Source of the DNA: Lachnospiraceae bacterium
Lineage (GTDB): Bacteria; Bacillota; Clostridia; Lachnospirales; Lachnospiraceae
Reading direction: 5' to 3'
NCBI GenBank assembly: GCA_021202335.1
Contig: JAJQDE010000061.1
Span: forward strand, 70,533 to 134,532
DNA: 64,000 nucleotides
Shown here: one piece after another, positions 36,135 to 46,174 of the stretch
How positions within the stretch are numbered: the first letter of the stretch is position 1
How the letters are laid out: every line of letters starts with the position of its first letter
Program-made: the position numbers and the translations under genes
The notes under the pieces: generated by a model
What the model was told of the DNA's origin: nothing
The model's database searches: none
Seen by the model: the letters and a program-made list of their open reading frames with translations, nothing else

Positions 36135-37565
36135 ATGGCAAAGCAATATGAAACGGTCATAGGTCTTGAGGTGCATGTGGAGCTTGCGACTAAGACAAAG
36201 ATATTCTGCGGCTGTTCCACGGAGTTTGGCGGAGCGCCCAACACACATACCTGCCCTGTCTGCACAGGCATGCCGGGCTCGCTGCCCGTGCTCAACAGGC
36301 AGGTGGTAAACTATGCGATAGCAGTCGGGCTTGCGACGAACTGTGAGATTACGCAGTATTGTAAATTTGACAGAAAGAATTATTTTTATCCCGACAATCC
36401 GCAGAATTATCAGATAAGCCAGCTTTACCTGCCAATCTGCCGAAACGGCCATGTGGATATCGAAACCGCGGATGGCAGGAAATCGGTGGGAATCCATGAA
36501 ATCCACATGGAGGAGGACGCGGGAAAGCTTATCCATGACGAGTGGGAGGATTGCTCATTGGTCGATTATAACCGCTCCGGAGTTCCGCTTATCGAGATAG
36601 TGTCCGAGCCTGATATGAGAAGCGCGGAGGAAGTGACAGCCTATCTTGAAAAGCTGCGCATGACTATACAATATCTGGGTGCGTCGGACTGCAAGCTGAA
36701 TGAAGGCTCAATGCGCGCGGACGTGAACTTGTCGGTGCGTGAGATTGGGGCGGAGGAGTTTGGAACACGCACGGAGATGAAAAACCTGAATTCGTTTAAG
36801 GCAATCACGCGTGCAATCGAAAACGAGCGCGAGCGTCAGATTGACCTGTTGGAGTCAGGGCAGCAGGTGGAGCAGGAAACAAGGCGCTGGGATGATGCGG
36901 GAGAGTATTCCTACGCGATGCGTTCAAAGGAGGATGCGCAGGATTACCGGTATTTTCCCGACCCGGATCTGGTTCCCGTGTATATCAGTGATGAATGGCT
37001 TGAGGAAATCCGCAGCAGCCGTCCTGAGCTTCGTGAAGAGAAAATGGAGCGCTATAAGAGGGAGTTTGACCTGCCGGATTATGATATCGGTATTATCACG
37101 GGTTCAAAGCGCATGGCGGATTTGTTTGAGGAAACGGTGGCAATATGCAGTCAGCCCAAAAAGGTTTCAAACTGGATTATGGGAGAAACTTTGCGCCTTC
37201 TCAAGGAGAGGAACATGGATGCGGGCGATATCCGCTTTTCGCCGGAAAATCTTGCAAAGCTCATAGGTCTTGTGGAGAGCAAGGCTGTCAACTCCACGGT
37301 TGCCAAGGAAGTGTTTGAGGTCATGTTTGACGAGGACATTGACCCGGAGGCATATGTGGAGGAGAAGGGATTAAAAACAGTAAACGATGAGGCTGCGCTC
37401 AGAAGCGCGGTTGAGGCGGTTATCGATGCCAATCCGCAGTCTGTGGAGGACTACCGCGGCGGCAGGGAAAAGGCAATCGGCTTCCTGGTAGGGCAGACGA
37501 TGAAAGCGATGAAGGGAAAAGCAGACCCCGGAATGATAAACCGGATTTTAAAGGAGCTTTTGTAA
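36135..37565 (+). CDS. gatB: Asp/Glu-tRNA amidotransferase subunit B
   Basis: IGLEVHVEL, RKNYFYPD, HMEEDAGK, DYNRSGVPLIEIVSEPD, DYRYFPDPDL. Confidence 0.97.
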   Translation: MAKQYETVIGLEVHVELATKTKIFCGCSTEFGGAPNTHTCPVCTGMPGSLPVLNRQVVNYAIAVGLATNCEITQYCKFDRKNYFYPDNPQNYQISQLYLPICRNGHVDIETADGRKSVGIHEIHMEEDAGKLIHDEWEDCSLVDYNRSGVPLIEIVSEPDMRSAEEVTAYLEKLRMTIQYLGASDCKLNEGSMRADVNLSVREIGAEEFGTRTEMKNLNSFKAITRAIENERERQIDLLESGQQVEQETRRWDDAGEYSYAMRSKEDAQDYRYFPDPDLVPVYISDEWLEEIRSSRPELREEKMERYKREFDLPDYDIGIITGSKRMADLFEETVAICSQPKKVSNWIMGETLRLLKERNMDAGDIRFSPENLAKLIGLVESKAVNSTVAKEVFEVMFDEDIDPEAYVEEKGLKTVNDEAALRSAVEAVIDANPQSVEDYRGGREKAIGFLVGQTMKAMKGKADPGMINRILKELL

Positions 37566-37659
37566 TAATAGATGGTCTGTTTTTGCTTTGAACGGGTGGC
37601 ATTTGCCCGTTTGAAAAAATAGTACAAAAAAATAGTACAAAAAAATATTGAAAAAATAA

Positions 37660-37688
37660 TTGACAATATTCCGCGCTGAAAGTATACT
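37660..37688 (+). promoter_or_regulatory. Sigma-A promoter of the str operon
   Basis: TTGACA-17-TATACT, preceded by A-tract repeats (aaaaaaatagtac x2) resembling an UP element. Confidence 0.8.
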
Positions 37689-37747
37689 AATCTAGTATGC
37701 GTGTAAAAAGAGGCATTTAGTGATGATTTTACAGGAGGTGAAAAAGA

Positions 37748-38167
37748 ATGCCAACATTTAACCAATTAGTAAGAAAAGGACGTCAGGAAACAGTTAAGAA
37801 GTCTACTGCACCGGCACTTCAGAGAGGCTACAACTCTTTAAAGAAGCGCGCTACAAACACATCTTCTCCTCAAAAGAGAGGCGTTTGCACGGCAGTTAAG
37901 ACTGCAACACCTAAGAAGCCTAATTCGGCTCTTAGAAAGATTGCCAGAGTTCGTCTTTCAAACGGAATGGAGGTAACAAGCTACATTCCCGGCGAGGGCC
38001 ACAACTTACAGGAGCATAGTGTTGTTCTTATCAGAGGCGGACGTGTTAAGGACTTACCCGGTACAAGATATCATATTATCAGAGGTACTCTTGATACTGC
38101 CGGAGTCGCTAACAGAAAGCAGGCCCGCTCTAAGTATGGAGCTAAGAGGCCGAAAGCAGGTAAATAA
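37748..38167 (+). CDS. rpsL: 30S ribosomal protein S12
   Basis: [30 protein letters not shown]. Confidence 0.99.
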   Translation: MPTFNQLVRKGRQETVKKSTAPALQRGYNSLKKRATNTSSPQKRGVCTAVKTATPKKPNSALRKIARVRLSNGMEVTSYIPGEGHNLQEHSVVLIRGGRVKDLPGTRYHIIRGTLDTAGVANRKQARSKYGAKRPKAGK

Positions 38168-38369
38168 TAATTAATTTACCACGTACCACAAAAAAACTAA
38201 TTAGTGTTGGGATTCTGATTTAATACCTTTGACTGTAAATAAAGAAAGATTAAAATAGAAAACCGCACGAACACAAGGTTTTATTAATGTGAGTACCGTT
38301 GATTTAATCAAATAGTGGCAATTCGCCGTTTGGGCGGGTGCGCTATCAATAATTAAGGAGGGAAGAACC

Positions 38370-38840
38370 GTGCCACGTAAAGGACATATTCAAAAAAGAG
38401 ACGTATTGGCAGATCCCATATACGGAAATAAAGTGGTTACTAAGCTTATCAACAATGTTATGTTGGATGGCAAAAAGGGTGTAGCCCAAAAGATTGTATA
38501 TGGAGCATTTGCAAGAGTAGAAGAGAAAGCACAGAAGCCTGCGTTGGATGTATTTGAGGAGGCAATGAACAATATCATGCCGTTACTTGAGTGCAAGGCA
38601 AGACGTATCGGCGGCGCCACTTATCAGGTGCCTCTTGAGGTAAAGCCTGACCGCCGTCAGACATTGGGACTCCGCTGGCTGGTATTTTTTGCCCGCAAGA
38701 GAGGCGAAAAGACCATGGAGGAAAGACTGGCGAATGAAATTATCGATGCGTCAAATAATACAGGTGGAGCAGTAAAGAGAAAAGAAGATATGCACAAGAT
38801 GGCAGAGGCAAACAAAGCTTTCGCACACTACCGTTTCTAA
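38370..38840 (+). CDS. rpsG: 30S ribosomal protein S7
   Basis: [27 protein letters not shown]. Confidence 0.99.
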   Translation: MPRKGHIQKRDVLADPIYGNKVVTKLINNVMLDGKKGVAQKIVYGAFARVEEKAQKPALDVFEEAMNNIMPLLECKARRIGGATYQVPLEVKPDRRQTLGLRWLVFFARKRGEKTMEERLANEIIDASNNTGGAVKRKEDMHKMAEANKAFAHYRF

Positions 38841-38925
38841 TAATGAAATGGTTCTGCCGCGAAGCTTCAGCCTTTGCGCATTACCGCTTCTAATATTGTT
38901 TCTAATTAATTAAGGAGGAAGAACC

Positions 38926-41043
38926 TTGGCTGGGAGAGAATATCCTTTAGAGAGAACCAGAAATATTGGTATTATGGCTCATATTGATGCCGGCAAGACC
39001 ACTCTTACAGAGCGTATCTTATACTATACCGGTGTTAATTATAAAATTGGTGATACACATGAAGGTACTGCTACCATGGACTGGATGGAGCAGGAGCAGG
39101 AAAGAGGTATCACAATTACGTCAGCCGCTACAACATGCCACTGGACACATCAGGAGAATGCGAAGCCTCAGGAGGGCGCTTTAGAGCACCGTATCAATAT
39201 TATTGATACACCGGGTCATGTGGACTTTACGGTAGAGGTTGAACGTTCGCTTCGCGTGCTGGACGGCGCCGTGGGCGTTTTCTGCGCAAAGGGCGGCGTA
39301 GAGCCGCAGTCAGAGAACGTATGGCGTCAGGCTGACACCTACAATGTTCCGAGAATGGCTTTTATTAACAAGATGGATATCTTGGGCGCTAATTTTTACG
39401 GCGCTGTGGAGCAGATTAGGACGAGATTGGGTAAAAATGCAATTGTCCTTCAATTGCCTATAGGTAAGGAGGATAGTTTCAAAGGGATTGTCGATCTGAT
39501 GGAAATGAAGGCTTACATCTATAATGATGATAAGGGCGATGACATTTCGATTACTGATATCCCCGCAGATATGACAGACGATGCAGAGCTTTACCATTCA
39601 GAGATGGTGGAAAAGATTTGTGAGCTGGATGATGATTTAACGATGATGTACCTTGAGGGAGAGGAGCCGTCGGTAGAGCAGCTTAAGGCAGTCCTCAGAA
39701 AGGCTACATGCGAGTGTACGGCAGTTCCGGTATGCTGCGGTTCTGCTTACAGAAATAAGGGCGTACAGAAGCTTTTGGACGCGATTCTTGACTTTATGCC
39801 GGCTCCTACCGACATCCCTCCTATCAAGGGTGTTGATTTGGACGGCAACGATGTGGTAAGGCATTCGTCAGATGAAGAGCCGTTTTCGGCGCTTGCATTT
39901 AAGATTATGGCAGACCCGTTTGTCGGTAAGCTGGCATTCTTCAGAGTTTATTCAGGTATGATGAATTCAGGCTCTTATGTATTAAATGCTACAAAGGATA
40001 AGAAGGAGCGCGTGGGACGTATTCTGCAGATGCATGCCAATAAAAGGCAGGAGTTAGACAAGGTTTACTCCGGCGACATCGCGGCAGCAGTCGGCTTTAA
40101 GTTTACAACCACAGGCGACACAATCTGTGATGAGCAGCACCCAGTTATCCTGGAGTCCATGGAGTTCCCTGAGCCTGTTATCGAGCTTGCCATTGAGCCT
40201 AAGACAAAGGCAGGACAGGGCAAGATGGGCGAGGCGCTTGCTAAGCTTGCAGAGGAAGACCCGACTTTCCGTGCACACACAAATCAGGAAACAGGTCAGA
40301 CAATTATCGCAGGTATGGGTGAGCTTCATCTTGAGATTATTGTAGACAGGCTTCTTCGTGAGTTTAAGGTAGAGGCAAACGTTGGCGCGCCTCAGGTTGC
40401 ATACAAGGAGGCTATCACAAAAGAGGTTGATATCGATTCTAAGTACGCAAAGCAGTCAGGCGGACGCGGACAGTACGGACACTGTAAGGTTAAGTTCAGT
40501 CCGATGGATGCGAACGGTGAGGAGCTCTTTAAGTTTGAATCCAGCGTTGTCGGCGGTGCGATTCCGAAGGAATACATTCCCGCAATCGGTGAAGGTATTG
40601 AGGAAGCTACGCACGCAGGTATACTTGGCGGCTTCCCTGTTGTCGGAGTATACGCAAACGTATATGACGGTTCGTACCATGAGGTCGATTCTTCGGAGAT
40701 GGCATTCCACATTGCAGGTTCACTTGCATTTAAGGAGGCTATGCAGAAAGCGGCTCCAGTGCTTCTTGAGCCTATCATGAAGGTTGAAGTAACAATGCCT
40801 GAAGAGTATATGGGTGATATTATCGGCGATATTAATGCTCGCCGCGGACGTATTGAGGGTATGGACGACCTTGGCGGCGGCAAGATTGTCAGAGGTTATG
40901 TTCCTCTTGCAGAGATGTTCGGTTATTCTACCGACCTGCGTTCGAGAACGCAGGGACGCGGAAACTACTCAATGTTCTTTGAAAAATATGAGCAGGTTCC
41001 CAAGAGTGTGCAGGATAAAGTGCTTGCTGCAAGGAAAGGCTGA
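38926..41043 (+). CDS. fusA: Elongation factor G
   Basis: [30 protein letters not shown]. Confidence 0.99.
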   Translation: MAGREYPLERTRNIGIMAHIDAGKTTLTERILYYTGVNYKIGDTHEGTATMDWMEQEQERGITITSAATTCHWTHQENAKPQEGALEHRINIIDTPGHVDFTVEVERSLRVLDGAVGVFCAKGGVEPQSENVWRQADTYNVPRMAFINKMDILGANFYGAVEQIRTRLGKNAIVLQLPIGKEDSFKGIVDLMEMKAYIYNDDKGDDISITDIPADMTDDAELYHSEMVEKICELDDDLTMMYLEGEEPSVEQLKAVLRKATCECTAVPVCCGSAYRNKGVQKLLDAILDFMPAPTDIPPIKGVDLDGNDVVRHSSDEEPFSALAFKIMADPFVGKLAFFRVYSGMMNSGSYVLNATKDKKERVGRILQMHANKRQELDKVYSGDIAAAVGFKFTTTGDTICDEQHPVILESMEFPEPVIELAIEPKTKAGQGKMGEALAKLAEEDPTFRAHTNQETGQTIIAGMGELHLEIIVDRLLREFKVEANVGAPQVAYKEAITKEVDIDSKYAKQSGGRGQYGHCKVKFSPMDANGEELFKFESSVVGGAIPKEYIPAIGEGIEEATHAGILGGFPVVGVYANVYDGSYHEVDSSEMAFHIAGSLAFKEAMQKAAPVLLEPIMKVEVTMPEEYMGDIIGDINARRGRIEGMDDLGGGKIVRGYVPLAEMFGYSTDLRSRTQGRGNYSMFFEKYEQVPKSVQDKVLAARKG

Positions 41044-41082
41044 TGTTTTTGCCCCAAAACGGTACTATTTTATAAATAATGC

Positions 41083-41111
41083 TTGAAAATCCCAACAATT
41101 TCTAATATAAT
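41083..41111 (+). promoter_or_regulatory. Internal sigma-A promoter for tuf
   Basis: TTGAAA-17-TATAAT. Confidence 0.75.
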
Positions 41112-41188
41112 TAAGCGTAGTTGGGTAAAGTTTTATGTAGAATGAAACTAATTAAAATTTTTAATATCTATTAAGGAGGACTTTTAAA

Positions 41189-42376
41189 ATGGCAAAGGCT
41201 AAATTTGAAAGAAGTAAACCCCATTGTAACATTGGTACAATTGGACACGTTGACCATGGTAAAACAACTTTGACAGCAGCAATCACAAAGGTATTGGCTG
41301 AGAGAGTTGCAGGTAACGTAGCAACAGATTTTGAGAATATTGATAAGGCTCCCGAAGAGAGAGAGCGTGGTATTACGATTAATACTGCACACGTTGAGTA
41401 CGAAACAGAGAAAAGGCATTACGCACATGTGGACTGCCCGGGTCATGCAGATTATGTAAAGAACATGATTACAGGTGCTGCACAGATGGATGGCGCTATC
41501 CTTGTTGTAGCTGCAACGGATGGTGTTATGGCGCAGACAAAGGAGCATATCCTTCTTTCACGTCAGGTAGGCGTACCTAAGATTGTTGTATTTATGAATA
41601 AGTGCGACATGGTTGACGACCCTGAGTTACTTGAGCTTGTTGAGATGGAAATTACAGAGCAGCTTGAGGAGTACGGTTTCACGGATTGCCCTATCATTAA
41701 GGGTTCTGCTTTGAAGGCTCTTGAGGATCCCAGCGGAGAGTGGGGCGATAAGATTATAGAGCTTATGGATACAGTTGATGAATATATTCCTGATCCTGTA
41801 CGTGCAACAGATCAGCCGTTCCTTATGCCGATTGAGGATATCTTTACAATCACAGGTCGTGGTACTGTTGCTACCGGTAGAGTTGAGCGTGGTGTGCTTC
41901 ACCTTAACGAGGAAGTTGAAATCGTTGGTATCAGCGAGGAAACAAAAAAGACTGTTTGTACAGGTATTGAGATGTTCAGAAAGCTTCTTGATGAGGCACA
42001 GGCCGGTGATAACATCGGAGCTCTTCTCCGTGGTATCCAGAGAACGGAAATCCAAAGAGGACAGGTTCTTGCAAAGCCCGGTACGGTTACATGCCACAAG
42101 AAGTTTACGGCTCAGGTTTACGTTCTGACAAAGGACGAGGGTGGCCGTCATACACCTTTCTTTAACAACTATCGTCCGCAGTTCTATTTCAGAACAACAG
42201 ACGTAACAGGCGTTTGCAACCTTCCTGAGGGTACAGAGATGTGCATGCCTGGCGATAACGTAGAAATGACAATTGAGCTTATCCATCCTATCGCTATGGA
42301 GCAGGGACTTACATTCGCTATCCGTGAGGGTGGTAGGACTGTTGGGTCAGGCCGTGTTGCTACAATCATTGAGTAA
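41189..42376 (+). CDS. tuf: Elongation factor Tu
   Basis: [40 protein letters not shown]. Confidence 0.99.
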   Translation: MAKAKFERSKPHCNIGTIGHVDHGKTTLTAAITKVLAERVAGNVATDFENIDKAPEERERGITINTAHVEYETEKRHYAHVDCPGHADYVKNMITGAAQMDGAILVVAATDGVMAQTKEHILLSRQVGVPKIVVFMNKCDMVDDPELLELVEMEITEQLEEYGFTDCPIIKGSALKALEDPSGEWGDKIIELMDTVDEYIPDPVRATDQPFLMPIEDIFTITGRGTVATGRVERGVLHLNEEVEIVGISEETKKTVCTGIEMFRKLLDEAQAGDNIGALLRGIQRTEIQRGQVLAKPGTVTCHKKFTAQVYVLTKDEGGRHTPFFNNYRPQFYFRTTDVTGVCNLPEGTEMCMPGDNVEMTIELIHPIAMEQGLTFAIREGGRTVGSGRVATIIE

Positions 42377-42396
42377 TTAATAAAGTTGGATTTTAT

Positions 42397-42430
42397 AAGG
42401 ACTTCGAGTGTTTTGCTCGAAGTCCTTTTT
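42397..42430 (+). terminator. Intrinsic terminator after tuf
   Basis: aaggacttcgag-tgttttg-ctcgaagtcctt-ttt. Confidence 0.9.
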
Positions 42431-42557
42431 CTAATCTCTGTTTGAAAAATATATACGTGATAACAGAATGATAACAAAAATTCACTAATTCTGATAAAGC
42501 AGTGTATTATGTTATTATTTTAAGATTTTGAAAATTGGGAAAGTCCCCAAAATGATA

Positions 42558-42586
42558 TAGACGTATAAGGAAAAAATACCTATAAT
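42558..42586 (+). promoter_or_regulatory. Probable sigma-A promoter of the MATE gene
   Basis: TAGACG-17-TATAAT. Confidence 0.55.
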
Positions 42587-42593
42587 ATATCTT

Positions 42594-42680
42594 ATGAGAA
42601 GCTGCAAAGCAGATTCTCATAAAAGCCCTCGTAAGAGGGCGCAAATCTGATTACAGGGTTCGCGAAGCGGTTCCTGTAAT
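42594..42680 (+). promoter_or_regulatory. Structured leader with an 18-codon uORF upstream of the MATE gene
   Basis: Three consecutive hairpins with an alternative pairing (cagatt/aatctg). ATG 42594-TGA 42650 reads MRSCKADSHKSPRKRAQI*. Confidence 0.4.
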
Positions 42681-42731
42681 ACATCATAAAATAAAAAAAC
42701 GGATTTTATAATAAAGAAAATGGAGCTTCTT

Positions 42732-44117
42732 ATGTCAAACGAAAACAGAACGTCAGTTGATGCACAAAAAACAGAGCTTTTCGAGCGCGCGCCGATTCCG
42801 CAGGCGGTCATGAAAATGGCTATTCCTACGGTGCTAAGCTCGCTTGTCATGGTAATCTATAATTTGGCGGACACCTACTTTGTGGGGATGCTGAATGATT
42901 CGATAGAAAACGCGGCGGTCACTTTGGCGGCGCCTGTGCTTTTGGCATTCAATGCAGTGATAAACCTGTTCGGGGTGGGCGGCTCAAGTTTGATGAGCCG
43001 TTACATGGGGCAAAAGGAGTATGCGGCGGTGAGAAAAAGCTCCGCCGTAAGCTTTTATTTTGCGCTGGGATTTTCCGTACTGTTTTCCGCTGCGTTTGCC
43101 ATTTTCCATACACAGCTCCTTAGGCTGCTGGGAACGACCGTTGATACGGCGGCGGCAACATGGAGGTATCTTCGCTGGACGACTGTCTGCGGCGCGGTTC
43201 CTGCGATTTTAAATGTGGTATTGGCAAATCTGGTGCGTGAGGAAGGAAATTCCCTCCATGCCGGTATCGGAACGATGAGCGGCTGCATCTTAAATATGCT
43301 TCTCGATCCGTTTTTTATTCTTCCGTTCGGACTTGGGCTGGGAGCCGCCGGCGCGGGGCTTGCAACCTTCCTTTCAAACTGTGCGGCGTGTATTTACTTT
43401 TTTGCGCTTTTGCGGGTGCGCCGCGGGCAGACGTTTGTTTGCGTTAATCCGCGGGTATTTTCCTTTGACGCAAAAATCATTGGGCAGATTTGCGCCGTCG
43501 GCGTTCCGGCTGCGATACAAAATCTTCTCAACGTGACGGGAATGACGATTTTGAATAATTTCACGGCGGCGTACGGTTCTACGGCAGTCGCCGCCATGGG
43601 AATTACGCAAAAAATCAATATGATTCCCATGTATATTGCCATGGGTGTTTCGCAGGGGATTATGCCGCTGGTCGGCTATAACTATGCCTGCGGGAACCGC
43701 AGCCGCATGAGAAAAGCAGTCACATTTACCGCTAAAATAAGCGTTTCGTTTATTCTTCTGATGACGGTCGTTTATTACGTGGGAAGCAAAGACCTGATTG
43801 GGCTGTTTATGAAAAATGATGAGGTTATCGCCTATGGCAGCCGTTTCCTGCGCGGTATGTGCATAGGCTTGGTATTTTTGACAATTGATTTTCTGGCGGT
43901 CGGTGTATTTCAGGCGTGCGGCATGGGAAAGGCGTCGCTTATTTTTGCGATTCTCAGGAAAATTGTCCTTGAAATTCCTGCTCTGTTTTTATTAAATCGG
44001 ATTTTACCGCTGTACGGGCTTGCCTATGCGCAGACCTGCGCGGAATTTGTACTCGCCATTGCGGCGATTGTCCTGCTGCGGGAAATTTTGCGCACACAGG
44101 ATAAGGCTTTGGGGTAG
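42732..44117 (+). CDS. MATE family efflux transporter (MepA-like)
   Basis: About 12 TMs, AIPTVLSSLVMVIYNLADTYFVG, NMLLDPFFI, GAAGAGLAT, QGIMPLVGYNYA. ATG 42732 behind GGAG. Confidence 0.92.
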   Translation: MSNENRTSVDAQKTELFERAPIPQAVMKMAIPTVLSSLVMVIYNLADTYFVGMLNDSIENAAVTLAAPVLLAFNAVINLFGVGGSSLMSRYMGQKEYAAVRKSSAVSFYFALGFSVLFSAAFAIFHTQLLRLLGTTVDTAAATWRYLRWTTVCGAVPAILNVVLANLVREEGNSLHAGIGTMSGCILNMLLDPFFILPFGLGLGAAGAGLATFLSNCAACIYFFALLRVRRGQTFVCVNPRVFSFDAKIIGQICAVGVPAAIQNLLNVTGMTILNNFTAAYGSTAVAAMGITQKINMIPMYIAMGVSQGIMPLVGYNYACGNRSRMRKAVTFTAKISVSFILLMTVVYYVGSKDLIGLFMKNDEVIAYGSRFLRGMCIGLVFLTIDFLAVGVFQACGMGKASLIFAILRKIVLEIPALFLLNRILPLYGLAYAQTCAEFVLAIAAIVLLREILRTQDKALG

Positions 44118-44228
44118 GCGTTGAGAAAACGGCGTAATTTTGTGTTAAGCTTAAGGCAGCATACTTAAGGAAGCATGGTAAAAATAGCATTAAAATTTGA
44201 AGTACAATTGGAGGCGAATGGAGATTAT

Positions 44229-44894
44229 ATGGCTTTTGACTTTAAAAAAGAATATAAGGAATTTTATATGCCTAAGAACAAGCCCGAAATCGTAACTGTG
44301 CCAAAGATGAATTATATTGCGGTAAGAGGCAAGGGCAATCCAAACGAAGAAGGTGGAGCATACCGGCAGGCTATCAGTGTGTTGTATGCCGTGGCATATA
44401 CTTTGAAAATGAGTTATAAAACAGATTATAAAATTGAAGGCTTTTTTGAGTATGTGGTTCCTCCGCTTGAGGGATTTTGGTGGCAGGAGGATGTCAGCGG
44501 AGTTGATTACGGCAATAAGGACTCATTTCATTGGATTTCCGTCATAAGATTGCCTGATTTTGTTTCAAAAGAGGATTTTGCCTGGGCGGTGGAAACAGCG
44601 GCAAAAAAGAAAAAAACAGATTGCTCATCTGCGGAATTTTTTACCGTTGATGAGGGATTGTGTGTCCAAATTATGCATATCGGAGCATTTGACGATGAAC
44701 CTAAATCCGTAGCTTTGATGGACGCTTATCTTGAGGCAAAAGGGTATGAAAATGATTTGACAGATACGAGGCTGCATCATGAAATTTATCTGTCCGATGC
44801 AAGAAAGGTTGTTCCGGAAAAATGGAAAACCGTAATCAGGCATCCGATTCGACATAAGGAGGTTAAAATCATTAGCCACTCTCTGTGGTCGTGA
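44229..44894 (+). CDS. GyrI-like small-molecule-binding domain protein (lin2189-like)
   Basis: MAFDFKKEYK, GKGNPN, YVVPPLEGFWW, CVQIMHIGAFDDE, HHEIYLSD. Confidence 0.82.
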   Translation: MAFDFKKEYKEFYMPKNKPEIVTVPKMNYIAVRGKGNPNEEGGAYRQAISVLYAVAYTLKMSYKTDYKIEGFFEYVVPPLEGFWWQEDVSGVDYGNKDSFHWISVIRLPDFVSKEDFAWAVETAAKKKKTDCSSAEFFTVDEGLCVQIMHIGAFDDEPKSVALMDAYLEAKGYENDLTDTRLHHEIYLSDARKVVPEKWKTVIRHPIRHKEVKIISHSLWS

Positions 44895-44907
44895 TATGAG
44901 GTGAAAA

Positions 44908-45534
44908 ATGGAATTTTATGAAGCTGTGGAAAAGAGAAGAACTGTAAGGGAGTTTTTAGATAAAGAGGTTGACTTTGAAGCAATAAAAAGAATTTTGGAA
45001 GCAGGCAACAAGGCGCCGACATGGAACCATAACCGCAACTGGAGCTTTATAGTTTTAAGGACAGATAAGGAAAAAGAATTTGCTTTTGAGGAATCAAAGA
45101 AAATAGCCGATAAATTTGATGCGGAAAAGTACCTGAATGTTCCAAGACCATATCCTGTTACACTGGGGCAGAAAATGTACGCCCATGCAATGCCTAGACA
45201 GTTTACAATGCTGAAGGATGCTCCCTATGTCATAATTCCTGTATTCAAATGTAAGGAGCTGAATGCTGAAAGCATATCTAAGCTAAATCCGTTTTCGACA
45301 ATCTGGTGTGTTGTAGAGAATATTTTTTTGGCGGCATCAGCAGAAGGCTTATCCTGTTCTATGAGGATACCGTTGAATGACGAACACGATAAAGTAAAAG
45401 CACGCTTGAAAGTTCCGGCAACATATATGATTCCGGTCTTTATTGGAATCGGTTATGCTGATTCAAACGAAAAGAAATTATAACAAAAATACCCTGAGCT
45501 TGAAAAGCAAATTCATTTTGGCAAATGGAAATGA
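44908..45534 (+). pseudogene. Nitroreductase family protein with a premature TAA 16 codons before the apparent end
   Basis: RRTVREF, AGNKAPTWNH, ENIFLAASAEGL. After TAA at 45481-83 the frame continues QKYPELEKQIHFGKWK* to 45534. Confidence 0.6.
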
Positions 45535-45605
45535 TTTAAGAATAATATTTTAACGATAGGGTGCTTTCGGTTTGTGTTTGGAATTTTAGGGGAAGCTTAA
45601 GGGAT

Positions 45606-45989
45606 ATGAATATAAAAGAATTTTGGAGAGCTGTTCTTGCTCAGGATGAAACGGAAATCAGAAAATATTTTGATAGTGACGCTTATATAAATTGGCACTG
45701 TACAAATGAGCATTTTAATGTTGACGAATACATTATTGCTAATTGCGAGTACCCCGGAGAATGGGCCGGGGTTGTTGAGCGGATAGAGAAGATTTTGTGC
45801 AATGATCATGATTTGATTATTACCGTGACAGTTGTATACCCGAAGGACAGGAGCAGTTCATTTCATGTAACGTCATTTATACAAACACAAAACGATAAAA
45901 TAATTTCGATGGATGAATATTGGGCTGATGATACAGAGGCTCCTCAATGGAGAAAGGATAAGCATATAGGAGGGTATTTGAAGGAGTAA
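45606..45989 (+). CDS. SnoaL-like / NTF2 family protein
   Basis: FWRAVLAQD, WHCTNEHF, NCEYPGEW, MDEYWADD. Confidence 0.75.
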   Translation: MNIKEFWRAVLAQDETEIRKYFDSDAYINWHCTNEHFNVDEYIIANCEYPGEWAGVVERIEKILCNDHDLIITVTVVYPKDRSSSFHVTSFIQTQNDKIISMDEYWADDTEAPQWRKDKHIGGYLKE

Positions 45990-46174
45990 GGGAAACCCGT
46001 CTGATTGATTGCCGAAAGGAAGCTGCCTGTATTTTTCAAAAATTTTACATATATTCCACAGGAGTATGGTAGCTGCCTTTACAAACGCACGTTAATATTT
46101 CTTTATAACCCAAACGCCTGTCATGCAGGGAGCTTGGTATGTTATCAACATCAAGAGAAGAGGAGATTAAAGAG

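Noticed and set aside
41627-42286. 219-aa minus-strand ORF
   Set aside because: Antisense shadow of tuf, a common by-product of strong codon bias.
42601-42680. c-di-GMP-I or guanidine-IV riboswitch call
   Set aside because: The GNRA hairpin followed by GCAAA is only superficially similar. I could not match the conserved cores or find a U-tailed terminator, so it is kept only as an unclassified structured leader.
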